Under the pieces are notes generated by a model that did not search any database, was not told the origin of the DNA, and saw nothing but the letters and a program-made list of their open reading frames with translations. A stretch of DNA of 44,124 nucleotides from an uncultured Thermococci archaeon. Lineage in GTDB: Archaea; Methanobacteriota_B; Thermococci; Thermococcales; Thermococcaceae. Location: NCBI GenBank assembly GCA_964487115.1, contig CAZAPD010000030.1, positions 1 through 44,124 of the forward strand, given 5' to 3'. The position numbers were made by a program, and so were the translations under genes. Shown piece after piece: positions 28,701 through 38,311 of the stretch (positions are counted from its first letter, which is position 1; every line of letters begins with the position of its first letter).

Positions 28701-31700
28701 TCAGAAAGGATGGAATACCCGGGCTGAAAGTTGAATATCCAAAGAGAGTACCCCCACATTCCCAGTTTACTGTCAAGGTAACATCCTCAGGACTCTCAAA
28801 AGGACGTTATTCAGGAGGAATAACAGTTATCGGAGAAATTCCAACCACTGATGAGTGGGGGTATAAAGAGGATAGTGCTTATGGTCTCCTGTGGGTTGAG
28901 GTCAGAGGGAAAAATGGAAAACCACCCGGCCATGGAGATCCCAACGCAAGACCTGAGAATCCCGGAAATGACCATCCTGATGACAGTTTAGATGTTCCAA
29001 GGCTAACCCTCACAAAGGAGCTCGACTTCTATACACTCCTCAGGGAGGGCCTGAAGAAAAACATTAGTGAAGCTGTTGATCTCCTTGAACTTGCCAGTTA
29101 CCAAGCGATGCTCTCTAATTTGAGTATCGAAAATATAAGCGCATACAGGAGTCTCGCTTCTCAAGTGACGAAGCTTTACATCAGATTATCTTCGAATCTG
29201 AAGTTCCTCAATGATCTGATGGAAAAAGCCCCAGCTGTTGCAATCTTTAGGAAAGGATTTTACTCGGGAGCAGAGAACATTCTGAAAAAGGCTAAAATCC
29301 CCTATAAGCTTGTTGACGAGAATTTTGATCCGGTTAAACTGGTAAAATATCAGAAAATCCTTATACTGCCAAGTGGATCCCTGTTTGGAATGCAGAGCGA
29401 TGCCTTTAAGGAGAAACTCAAACTTTACTTAGAGAAGGGGGGAGACATCATAGTTTTTGATCAGCAATACGGTGACCACTTCTCCGTGATTCCGGGAGGT
29501 TTGAATGGTTATGGCTGGGCTCAGGATCAGATGTGTCATGCAAACTCTCTCTATGCCGCTCAGGATCATCCCATACTCTCAACCGTGCAGTCAAATCTCA
29601 TAACCGAGGATGTTGACGGATACTTCGAAACTTATCCTCCCAACTCCATAGTTCTCATGAGAAGAACCAAAAACGATTTCCCGGCTATGGTGCTTTACAG
29701 CTATGGAAAAGGGCATGTCTTAGCAACCACGCTGTATTCTGACTGGAAGTCCCAGAACTATGTCTCTACCTTTATGATGAAAATTCTGAGAGATGCAATT
29801 GCGTACTTTGAGCTGAATGAGGATATCTATGAAATAGGTGTCGGCAGGGCATGGTACGGGCTGGTACTCGGGGGACCATATACAATACCCATCAACGTTA
29901 CAAACCCAACAAACGTGACTGCAGATAGCGTTAAATTCAGGATTCTGACTCCTTCTGGAAACCTCAGATCTGAGATAACTCTAAATGAGACGATCCAACC
30001 GGGTGAAACGAAAACTGTTAATGTCACCCTCTCGGCAAAGGACTTCGGTTCCGTTGTGCTTGGGATATGGACTGTGGATTATACCCTCCTCTCGGGTGGG
30101 AATAAAATCTATACAAAGTATGATGCAAAGGGCATTTCCATGAATATTTACTACAACAGTGATGAGTACTTCAACTACAAAGGCGGCAACAAATATCTTA
30201 TATGGGCAACGGCAGAAAAAGAAAAGGTTCTGTTTGGTGAGAAGGTCAGAATAACATTCCACATCATAAACAAGGACAGCAAAACCCTGACAGGACAGCT
30301 TGGAATAGGGGATCATATAAACGGGTGGCGTGTACTTGAGGTCAAGAATGTCACAGTCGCCCCGGGAGAATACAAAAAGTACTATTTTGAAGTGTATCCC
30401 TATGTGGATGCAGGCAATTATCCCGGTCTCACATACTATATGGGGTTATACACTGACAAATCACCTTATGAAGGTGCAGGTAACTTCTGGGATGCACGGT
30501 TTAGTGCTGAAAAGGGATTTTACATAATACGTCCAAATCTAAAGCTTGCCTCCAGCATTGATAAGAAGGAATATGCTCCCGGAGAAACCATAACCGTGCA
30601 TGTTAATATAACAAATAATGATGAGATTGACTGGCGGCTCATGTTGATAACTATCATGAAGTACAACAGGCAAACTGTTAGAACTGTATCCCAAGCAGTC
30701 ACGATTCCAAAGCTCTCCACAATAAGTGTCCCCATATCAATCAAGGTGCCTGAAGATGCGGAGAGGGGGTACTACACCCTGATAACAACTTTCGGTGACA
30801 TGTATGGCAAAACAAACGGTCTGGAGGACTTCTATCTTCCGACATCCAATCTGTATTTCACCAGAAAAGTCTCCAATATTGAGATAACCCCTGAATTTAC
30901 GAAACCTCTTGCGGTCAGGATAAAGGCGAGGATAACGAACAATATCTCGATAGTGAAACCTAAACTGCTCGTTACGGCAGATGAGTTCTGGCAGAAAGGA
31001 CACAACACCCATAAGTATGAATTTAACTTAACATTTACCAATTGGGAGACTGAGGTTACAGTGCCTCTGAACGAAGACATCTTTGGGAAATATCAGATTT
31101 CCTACGTTCTTTATGAGGGCGGTGTTGTGGCCACTTCGGGATCAGCGTATCTGAACAGAAGAGTCATCATAACACCGAAAATTATGTTCTCTGGAAGGGC
31201 ATTAAGCAATCTAACACTAAGTGTAAATCTCTCAAATCCGGGCTTTTTGAACGAAGATTTCAGTCTCAATATAACGATCCCAGCACTGAACTACACCACC
31301 ATGATTCCGGTTTCGCTTCTGCCCAGAGGAGGAAAGGAAATCAATGCAACTATTGGCATTCCGAATCTTCCACCGGGACTTTACCCCATAATAATCCGTG
31401 CTCAGAAGGCCAGGGGATTCATTGAATCCCGTGCCTACTTCAGGATTATGGAGTCCAATGTTCAGGGAATTATCTATCCCCAGACATATTCTGCAGGAGA
31501 AAATGCCCTTGCGCTCTTGGAGAATAAGGGAGGTGTTCCGACAACCGTTCGGGGCAATCTCTCGATAATCCACGACAGCTCGGTGCTCTCAATCAGGAAT
31601 TTCACATTCATCCTAAATCCGGGAGAAAACAGAACTGTTGGAGTTCCAATTCCTCTCAACACACCCCGGGGCAGCATGATAGCTCTCAATTTCACCGATT

Positions 31701-34700
31701 TAAAGAGAGGCATAACGAGGCACTACACGAGACCCCTCTATCTCAGTGGATTCAAAGTAAAGGCAGTTCATGATAATGAAAGCTACGCTCTTGACAATCT
31801 CACCGTTACCCTAATTAATGAGGGAGGCATCACGGATACTGTCAATGTGACTATATCACTTAGACAGTATTTCTGGGAAAAGATCTTCGGAGAATGGAAG
31901 TACTACAACATTACCCTCGCTCCGGGAGAGAGCGTGAACGTCACTCTTACTGTTCCAAACATCATCTCAGGCAGGTACATCCTCTATGTAACTGCCTCTG
32001 GAAAACAGGGGACATCATATTACTGGGATTATCTTAATGTCATCGGACCTAATATCAGCGTGCACGTTGATAAAACCTCATACGTCGCAGGGGATAATGT
32101 GACGGTGAGGATAACTAACAGTGGAGGAGGCCATACAAAGCTAAATGTAGCCGCTCAACTCAGGGGCAACCTAACATTCTGGGACCTTGGTAGCACTTCA
32201 CTGGATATTGGAAAGCTTGAGAGCAAAGAAGTTGTCTTTACAATACCAAAGAGTGTTCCAACGGGTAGTTATACCCTTATAGTGCGCCATAAGTTTGGAA
32301 GCTACCGCAAGAATGTCACGGTTAAAGGACTTGAGCTGAGTATCAGCCTGCAAAAGGAGAGCTATGATGTGGATGAGAATATATCTGTGAGGATTGAGAA
32401 CACAGGAGGTACGGATGCTAACCTTGAAGTGCAGTATAGAATCTCATCTCAAACCGGAACTGTTAATGTTACGGTTCCAAAGGGTGCATCATCAACACTT
32501 GAGCTTGAGATACCTGATGGTCTTCCATCTGGGAGATATAGCTTGTATCTCAGGATTCATGATAGATTCACCGGCTTGTGGATGGAGAAGCATTTCACCA
32601 TACAAATTAGAGGAGCTGAGCTTGAAATAATTCCCGTTAAAACTGATCTTGAACCAAGAGAAGGACTTTCCATACTGTTCCTGAACAAAGGAGGAATAGA
32701 TCTCAATCTGAATACAACGCTCACTATAGCAGGCTCTACCGTGAGCCAGCAGTTTGTACTTCCAAAAGGAAGAAACTCAACAAGAACCTTTAGCCTGCCG
32801 CCTCTTAAAAGCGGAGAATACAGAGTGGAGATAATCGCAGTTGATAGTAACAGCAACAGGAGGTTCTTCCGTGCAATTTCAATCTCGATAAGCAGCTTCA
32901 AAATAAACGCTACCCTGAACAGAAAGAGCTTTTCGATAGGAGACTCACTGATGATTGCACTAACCAGCGGCACAAACGTGGATGCAAATCTAAGCTATAG
33001 GCTTGACATGGTGGATGAGGAAGGAAACACCTTCCATCTCACGGATGGCAATTTAAGGCTGTCCGCCATGGGAACGTCATCAATAACCGCAACGATTGAC
33101 AAGGTGGCGAGAGGCAACTATACTCTAACCCTCAGAATGACAGAGATGACTACAGGGGAGAATTTCGTGGTTACATGGACCATATACATAGACGGAGCAT
33201 GGGGAAAAATCAGTATTGACATGCCGTCGTTAGCATTTGTCGGCTCGCTTCCAGTAGCCGTGAATGTGACGGGCAATACTGGAGGAACGCTCAGAATCCT
33301 TGGAAATCCCTACATTGAATCACATCCAGTGAAGCTCATAGGAATTGAATCTGATGGAGGCCTGTGGATAGCTTTCTCCACCCATCTGGGATACTATCAT
33401 GATGGAAAGCTTGAGCTCTTTGGGTATCCCAACGGAACTATAATCGAAGGAGGATATGAAGGCATGTCCGCAGCAATGACGAGCAGTGAGGACCGCATAT
33501 GGATAGCCTCGTGGAATAAAATCCTTGAGTTCAACAAGAATACTCACGAGTGGAAGATTTACATCACCGCGGACATACCCGGCTTCCCAGCCACAGTAAA
33601 TTGGGAATGGGGAGAGGAGCAGGTTAGCATCTTCAGCCTTGCATACTACAACAGTTCATTATGGGTCGGAACAGACAATGCAGGTCTGGTCAGGATAAAT
33701 CCAGAGACTATGACTACAATCACCATTTACAACTCGACGAACAGCCCGCTAACCACCGATTACATAATGGCACTGAAAGTGAATGGAAGTGACCTATGGG
33801 CGCTTGGTGATGGCCTGTGGAAAATCGGAAACAAATGGACTCACTACTCTCCGGAGGATTTCAACCTGACATGGATCGATGCATTTGATGTCTTTGATAA
33901 TCAACTCTGGGTTGGTGGTGAAAACAACTCCATTATCTCCGTATGTATGCTCGGTGGGGAATGCCTCAGGGATTTACCCTCATGGAGGGTTTCCAATATT
34001 GAACACGATAACGAGTCCATATGGATCATATACTCACCTTGGGATCAGATTACGGTGAGCAGGTACTATTTGGCCAATAAAACGCGGGTTGACTATTCCG
34101 GAGATACATTCTGGGGCGGTCTGGTGGAGGTGGAAAACAACATCTATGCCTCAAGTTATGGACTCCTTATAGGAGGTATGGGAGGCAAGCTGGTAAGATT
34201 CGGACCCTCGGGATATGTACAGGATATTGCATATCATGATGGAATTGCATACATTCTAACTGAAAACGGGGAGATTTCAATTTACAACCTCAGCAGCGGT
34301 AAATGGAAATTCATAATCAACGAGACGTTTGCAAATAGCAACAGGATAGCCTATGCTGGGGGCAGACTGTTTATGACGATATGGTCAGGCTTGATTGAAT
34401 ACGACCTGAGCAGTGGCTCTGTTACCATATACAGTTCATCAAACTCTCCGTTCAGCAGTTCAAGAAATCCAACAGGACTTGCAGGAGATGATGGGGTGTT
34501 ATACATTGGCACCACTGATGGCCTTGTGGTTCTGAATCTTACATCAAACAGCTTCACACTCTACTACCCACCCAATTTCGGAACAGCCGTGAGGGATGTG
34601 TGGCTCAATGGTGACGAGCTGTGGATTGCAGGGGACAATGGTGTGGGGATATATGACATCTCATCCAATACGTATAGGTCCTATTTGAGGGGTGTATCCT

Positions 34701-37700
34701 CATGGCTCGTGAGGGCATATGGAGATGAAGTATGGGCAGCATTCTACCAAAATTCAGATTATGCTCTCTGGCATTACAACAGAGAAAGCGGAATGAGCGA
34801 GATATACAACTCGACAAACGGATTAACAGGCGAGTATATTCAGGATATGGCAAGGTTCGGGGGGCTTGTGTTTGTTACTTATAACTGGGGAAGCAATGTA
34901 TCAGTTTTTGATGGAAACGCATGGAGAACAATATCTATACCCGCACAGTCTGTTGAGTCTTCTGAAAAAGGCGCACTCCTTGGCGGTAATATATTTGCCA
35001 TATATTCAATGGATGTATTTGAATTCCCCGTTGCTCAGGGGAGAAACGAGTTCAATATAACCCTTAGAAGACCCGGAGAAGCGTCATACACCTTCAGACT
35101 GCTGCTCGGAAATCAGGTTCTCGATGAGGAGATACGGGAGCTGAATGTTTATGAGCATGCAATATCATTTGATCTGAGAACATCGAAGTATCTCTACAAG
35201 AAGGGTGAGAACGCGACTTTTGAAGTCATCATAAGGAATGATGCACCTCTGGATGATATCGCCAGTTACAGACTGCTCCTTGGAGATGCTGCCTATGAAG
35301 ATACAATAACTGTTGGAGCAGGTCAGGAGGTGCATCTAAGCTTTGTTATAAAAGCTGAGTCAAGCTTTAACGCCACGCTTGTTGTGAATGGAGTATCCAG
35401 GGTGGTTCCAATAAGCGTTATTGAACCGAAAGCAGAGATAACACTAAGCGCTCCAGATGTGGTCGGGTATGGGAAGCCTTTCAATGTTACCCTGACGATA
35501 ACAAATACAGGAATTGTGCCAGTTGATCTCTCAGTGGATTTTGCTGGAAACAGAAATATTACCGTAGAACCGGGAGATTCTGCTGTTATTTCTCAGGAAA
35601 TGACAATAACGAACGACACTACACTTAGGGCTGTAATTTCCGGTGATTTGAACAGGACGCTGGAGAAGAAGATTATCATGGGAGAAAAGATTAACATATT
35701 CTTTGGAAACTATACGGTGATTCCCGGACATTCAGAACTTCCGTTTACAGTTGAAAACCGTGGGATCCTCGATTCAAACTTTGTCCTTGTAGTTAAAAAC
35801 GGGAGCTGGTCATGGCAGAGCAACCTCTCAGTTCCAGCAGGAGCAAAGCTTAACCTTACGCTACCCGTTGATCTGAATGAAGGGAGCTACACATTCGTAT
35901 ACAGAAGCAAATTTGGAACTGGAAGCTTTTACGTGGAGGTTATAGGAGAGAAGCTCTCGGTTTCATATGGGTTTGATGGAGAAGAGATAGCACTCAACGT
36001 AACAAACCTCGCACCCCTTGACTTCAGTGGAACGCTGAGAATCGATTCTTCAATACTCTCAACAGTCACGAATATAAGTGTGACCGCAGGTTCATGGAAA
36101 CTCCTCACATTTCCGTCTGGAAATCTATCTCCCGGAACATACAACCTCACGCTGAGAATAGATAGAAATGGCAGACTCGTGCTTTTGAAAACTCTAACGA
36201 TTAAAGCGGAGCCGAGGATAATCCTGATTATTGGGGGCATAACAAACGAGCAGAAGATTGGCGATATCATAAATGCAACTGTTACAGTGAGGAACAGTGG
36301 AACCGCATGGAAAAGGGATCTGCTTGTGTTTGAAGTTCCCGGAATCTACAGGAAGGAGGTGCAGATGAAAGTTGGCATCGGTGAGGAGAAAGTCTTCAAC
36401 TTTACATTTGCCCTGCCTATGGATCTGCCGAGCAAAATACTGAGAGCAACTGCAAGATTTGGCAACGTCACAGCTGAGAGGAGCTTCCGTCTCAGAGGTG
36501 TCAACTTAAGCGTTAATCTAACAACCGATAAGACATGGTACTATGAGGATGAGAATGTTACTGCCACGATAACGTTGGTCAACCATGAGAACATAACGCT
36601 GAAAGGCAACATTAGCCTATCATGTTCCTCCTTCAACAGTACCCGGAGTTTTGAGCTGGGAGAGGGGGAGAAGGAATTCACGTTCAGGTTCCCAGTATGT
36701 TCAAGAATCTTCTACCAGATAAGTTTAAGCACGGGACGTATCATCTACATAAATTCACGGCTGGTTCAGATTCGGGAGAGAAGTGCAGAGGTTAGTGTTA
36801 TCACAGATAAAGACCGCTATTCCATAGGTGACAATATGACGGTTTATATCTACTCCACTAAGCCCGTTACTGTGGCTTTGGCTGTCTTTGACAATGTAAC
36901 TCTTGTAAATGTCACAAATACAGCATCCTTAAAGTTTAAGATTCCCGATGTAGAAAGCGGTACGTACAGGATTTATTATTCCTATGGCAATGAAACAAAG
37001 AGCAGGGAGTTTGATGTGGTATCTCCTGCTGCAAAAGTCCTCGACTTTGAGCTTAAGAAAAGGCTCTTTGAGCCGGGTGAAAACGTGAGCTTCACTGCTC
37101 TTGTGCATGCAGATGAAGATGTTGTTGGGAAGGTAGTGGTATGGTTGTACCAAGGAAGCTCCCTCATAGACTACTACTTGAAGCCGCTAAATCTAACCGC
37201 AGGAGACAACTACATTAATGTCACTACAGATATAGTAGTTCCGAATATCGGCTCATATACCCTGCTCTATGCCTTCTATCGCGGCTTGAACTCAACAGTT
37301 ATCGCCTCAGGAAGCCAGATCCTCCAGACAGAAGGAGCGTTGATAACATCAATGACAACGGATAAGGAGGAATATACTGAGGCTGAGAACATCAAACTGA
37401 GGCTGGTGATAACCGGAACTCCAGGAACGTATGTGCTCAGGATAAAGGGAGTAAGTGATGTGCTGGAGAAGAATATCACAGTAGGTGGAAGTACAGAGGT
37501 TAATCTGACTCTTCCTGCAAAGTACTTCGACATAAGAATTATCGCCAGCCTGCTCATGGGCGAGTATTCAACATCCAAAGAAATTGCTGTAAAGGTGACA
37601 AACCTACCTCCTGTGGCTCGCTTCAAAGTTCAGGGCAACATGAGTGTTAATTCAGAGCTAACATTTGATGCATCTCTCAGCTCTGATCCCGGTGAGGACA

Positions 37701-38215
37701 GCTTAACCTATTCATGGGACTTTGGAGATGGAACCTCACTAACCGTTTCAGCACCGGTTGTTACACACACATACACCCAAGCTGGCAACTACACTGTAAT
37801 ACTGACTGTCAGCGATGGAGATGGTGGAACCGATATAGCAATTCTCGTACTTGAAATTTCTAAAGCTGGAGTTATCAAGAACATAACAGTAATAAACAGG
37901 GAAAGCGCCTTCAGAAGAATAACGACACTGGCTCAGATGTGGACTGCGAGATACTTCTACTACAGGACAGAATATGAGGAGCTTCTGGCAAGGGCAAAGG
38001 AGCTGGAGGTCGATAATGAGACCCTATCATCAATAATTCAACTCCATGAAGAAGCTGAGATTCTTATGACCGAAGGATGGAGGGTCAAAAATATAGAGAG
38101 TGTCCTCGGGGTTTGGATGAAGGCCGGCGTCGTTCCGAATCTTATCAAGGTAAGAAGGGCATATCTGCTCGAAAAGAAGACTGTGGACAGGCTTAGAAAG
38201 CTTTTAGGTCTTTGA
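25781..38215 (+). CDS. Giant (~4,144 aa) multidomain surface protein: transglutaminase-like N-terminus, hydrophobic helical segment, GATase1-like domain, Ig-like repeats, beta-propellers, PKD, pyrolysin-type C-terminal tail
   Basis: Uninterrupted 12.4-kb ORF; GGAGGG RBS; signal peptide; YEPYYGSLKG..GGNDLDLASLL..IPARYVRG..EHFWVEAY..WVPLDPS; LWVGTDNAGL propeller blades; PPVARF..FDAS.SSDP..YSWDFGDG..HTYTQAGNYTVILTVSD (PKD); many N-x-S/T sequons. Confidence 0.93.
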   Translation: MENSFTKKVFVLVVSLLMLQFPLAFAVSLPHSIFYGAKETIDIENSIVPAYISQVNYTDEDLRKEIELKYSYNLDEFIALLNNDPIEIFWYIRNNFDYEPYYGSLKGPVGTFLQRGGNDLDLASLLVEIYRQLGIPARYVRGNIRLSESQLRNWFGIKNVERVLKTGLIPYEKTSDGYIVEHFWVEAYLDGKWVPLDPSFKEYEYVPPELNITQMGEGFAESVFNNSVSGSDWYLLRKDVEGSPVLSDDYLNNVSEDIIKTLGVRYIGNTSKQSIYRTLKGLSDFKSAIFGSWRIIESREGFGKLPFNVSNVLAEFPEIPSKFKYKVRIELPGQDVNTTLILGNVSTKRITLGWLPATENDKKEVEKYEDITDIPIDSVNFTPVLMLDGVPVAKGRISHLGEKANLTVTMLLGNRVLYVEDTPVTAGGYYAVSIDALRVSQQFLNYRLNRLRITSFMLERGFSNVTTDEVIGEMLNLAGLTYWYELDKYADEVAFRLGIRWIRVPSVIVLGTAYKVEEDKLRFIGMFVDVQKDLYLPLSENNNKTRERGFMISTGRRGSELEAYVLRQYFNAPAISTATIFDLAYELTIPIYHVNSSNVNSVLPLLNISQEDKNKILGYVNSGYEVYVPRDNVVINGWVGTGYYVVDPETGAMAYMISGGIRGGLSLTEWMHSLMQDATMELFKCLGFMKSMGKALAEKVSDAVSVFVSAVLSTVETVASCLEAHPCECSQYIKQTVVSVVVDGIMTTLTIGITVTGTGILVLFLKLLAFTGEGTISYVIGDITKKLINWFLGFSNTLRNCPAPDVVIRQPRTILKVSKQVMDYVRAFSICVVSQNGLRAYREVDWEIPRWGNPPLIKYGIRGIRIRSGIIFASMQSQCDSVYVMIDPAYVPMNIKLRGGIVEVPVKVNIKMETFKGVETFTKTGYIRYKYVVKKGDLIQVLGLSQTITYTEGGSGSTYFTFINRADKTVRIYVRKDGIPGLKVEYPKRVPPHSQFTVKVTSSGLSKGRYSGGITVIGEIPTTDEWGYKEDSAYGLLWVEVRGKNGKPPGHGDPNARPENPGNDHPDDSLDVPRLTLTKELDFYTLLREGLKKNISEAVDLLELASYQAMLSNLSIENISAYRSLASQVTKLYIRLSSNLKFLNDLMEKAPAVAIFRKGFYSGAENILKKAKIPYKLVDENFDPVKLVKYQKILILPSGSLFGMQSDAFKEKLKLYLEKGGDIIVFDQQYGDHFSVIPGGLNGYGWAQDQMCHANSLYAAQDHPILSTVQSNLITEDVDGYFETYPPNSIVLMRRTKNDFPAMVLYSYGKGHVLATTLYSDWKSQNYVSTFMMKILRDAIAYFELNEDIYEIGVGRAWYGLVLGGPYTIPINVTNPTNVTADSVKFRILTPSGNLRSEITLNETIQPGETKTVNVTLSAKDFGSVVLGIWTVDYTLLSGGNKIYTKYDAKGISMNIYYNSDEYFNYKGGNKYLIWATAEKEKVLFGEKVRITFHIINKDSKTLTGQLGIGDHINGWRVLEVKNVTVAPGEYKKYYFEVYPYVDAGNYPGLTYYMGLYTDKSPYEGAGNFWDARFSAEKGFYIIRPNLKLASSIDKKEYAPGETITVHVNITNNDEIDWRLMLITIMKYNRQTVRTVSQAVTIPKLSTISVPISIKVPEDAERGYYTLITTFGDMYGKTNGLEDFYLPTSNLYFTRKVSNIEITPEFTKPLAVRIKARITNNISIVKPKLLVTADEFWQKGHNTHKYEFNLTFTNWETEVTVPLNEDIFGKYQISYVLYEGGVVATSGSAYLNRRVIITPKIMFSGRALSNLTLSVNLSNPGFLNEDFSLNITIPALNYTTMIPVSLLPRGGKEINATIGIPNLPPGLYPIIIRAQKARGFIESRAYFRIMESNVQGIIYPQTYSAGENALALLENKGGVPTTVRGNLSIIHDSSVLSIRNFTFILNPGENRTVGVPIPLNTPRGSMIALNFTDLKRGITRHYTRPLYLSGFKVKAVHDNESYALDNLTVTLINEGGITDTVNVTISLRQYFWEKIFGEWKYYNITLAPGESVNVTLTVPNIISGRYILYVTASGKQGTSYYWDYLNVIGPNISVHVDKTSYVAGDNVTVRITNSGGGHTKLNVAAQLRGNLTFWDLGSTSLDIGKLESKEVVFTIPKSVPTGSYTLIVRHKFGSYRKNVTVKGLELSISLQKESYDVDENISVRIENTGGTDANLEVQYRISSQTGTVNVTVPKGASSTLELEIPDGLPSGRYSLYLRIHDRFTGLWMEKHFTIQIRGAELEIIPVKTDLEPREGLSILFLNKGGIDLNLNTTLTIAGSTVSQQFVLPKGRNSTRTFSLPPLKSGEYRVEIIAVDSNSNRRFFRAISISISSFKINATLNRKSFSIGDSLMIALTSGTNVDANLSYRLDMVDEEGNTFHLTDGNLRLSAMGTSSITATIDKVARGNYTLTLRMTEMTTGENFVVTWTIYIDGAWGKISIDMPSLAFVGSLPVAVNVTGNTGGTLRILGNPYIESHPVKLIGIESDGGLWIAFSTHLGYYHDGKLELFGYPNGTIIEGGYEGMSAAMTSSEDRIWIASWNKILEFNKNTHEWKIYITADIPGFPATVNWEWGEEQVSIFSLAYYNSSLWVGTDNAGLVRINPETMTTITIYNSTNSPLTTDYIMALKVNGSDLWALGDGLWKIGNKWTHYSPEDFNLTWIDAFDVFDNQLWVGGENNSIISVCMLGGECLRDLPSWRVSNIEHDNESIWIIYSPWDQITVSRYYLANKTRVDYSGDTFWGGLVEVENNIYASSYGLLIGGMGGKLVRFGPSGYVQDIAYHDGIAYILTENGEISIYNLSSGKWKFIINETFANSNRIAYAGGRLFMTIWSGLIEYDLSSGSVTIYSSSNSPFSSSRNPTGLAGDDGVLYIGTTDGLVVLNLTSNSFTLYYPPNFGTAVRDVWLNGDELWIAGDNGVGIYDISSNTYRSYLRGVSSWLVRAYGDEVWAAFYQNSDYALWHYNRESGMSEIYNSTNGLTGEYIQDMARFGGLVFVTYNWGSNVSVFDGNAWRTISIPAQSVESSEKGALLGGNIFAIYSMDVFEFPVAQGRNEFNITLRRPGEASYTFRLLLGNQVLDEEIRELNVYEHAISFDLRTSKYLYKKGENATFEVIIRNDAPLDDIASYRLLLGDAAYEDTITVGAGQEVHLSFVIKAESSFNATLVVNGVSRVVPISVIEPKAEITLSAPDVVGYGKPFNVTLTITNTGIVPVDLSVDFAGNRNITVEPGDSAVISQEMTITNDTTLRAVISGDLNRTLEKKIIMGEKINIFFGNYTVIPGHSELPFTVENRGILDSNFVLVVKNGSWSWQSNLSVPAGAKLNLTLPVDLNEGSYTFVYRSKFGTGSFYVEVIGEKLSVSYGFDGEEIALNVTNLAPLDFSGTLRIDSSILSTVTNISVTAGSWKLLTFPSGNLSPGTYNLTLRIDRNGRLVLLKTLTIKAEPRIILIIGGITNEQKIGDIINATVTVRNSGTAWKRDLLVFEVPGIYRKEVQMKVGIGEEKVFNFTFALPMDLPSKILRATARFGNVTAERSFRLRGVNLSVNLTTDKTWYYEDENVTATITLVNHENITLKGNISLSCSSFNSTRSFELGEGEKEFTFRFPVCSRIFYQISLSTGRIIYINSRLVQIRERSAEVSVITDKDRYSIGDNMTVYIYSTKPVTVALAVFDNVTLVNVTNTASLKFKIPDVESGTYRIYYSYGNETKSREFDVVSPAAKVLDFELKKRLFEPGENVSFTALVHADEDVVGKVVVWLYQGSSLIDYYLKPLNLTAGDNYINVTTDIVVPNIGSYTLLYAFYRGLNSTVIASGSQILQTEGALITSMTTDKEEYTEAENIKLRLVITGTPGTYVLRIKGVSDVLEKNITVGGSTEVNLTLPAKYFDIRIIASLLMGEYSTSKEIAVKVTNLPPVARFKVQGNMSVNSELTFDASLSSDPGEDSLTYSWDFGDGTSLTVSAPVVTHTYTQAGNYTVILTVSDGDGGTDIAILVLEISKAGVIKNITVINRESAFRRITTLAQMWTARYFYYRTEYEELLARAKELEVDNETLSSIIQLHEEAEILMTEGWRVKNIESVLGVWMKAGVVPNLIKVRRAYLLEKKTVDRLRKLLGL

Positions 38216-38216
38216 G

Positions 38217-38240
38217 TCTTTTTATTTTTACTTTACTTTT
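38217..38240 (+). terminator. Oligo-T archaeal terminator after the giant gene
   Basis: TCTTTTTATTTTTACTTTACTTTT immediately after the TGA. Confidence 0.65.
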
Positions 38241-38311
38241 GCTGTCATTTGTTCAAAAATTTCTCCAAAAAACTTAAATCATGCCATCTAACTGACTATT
38301 AAGCGGGTTAA

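Noticed and set aside
25781..38215. Intein, Rhs/YD repeats or a nuclease toxin domain in the giant protein
   Set aside because: No Hint (C...HN-C/S/T) or LAGLIDADG motifs, no YD repeats, and no HNH or PD-(D/E)xK signature recognised.
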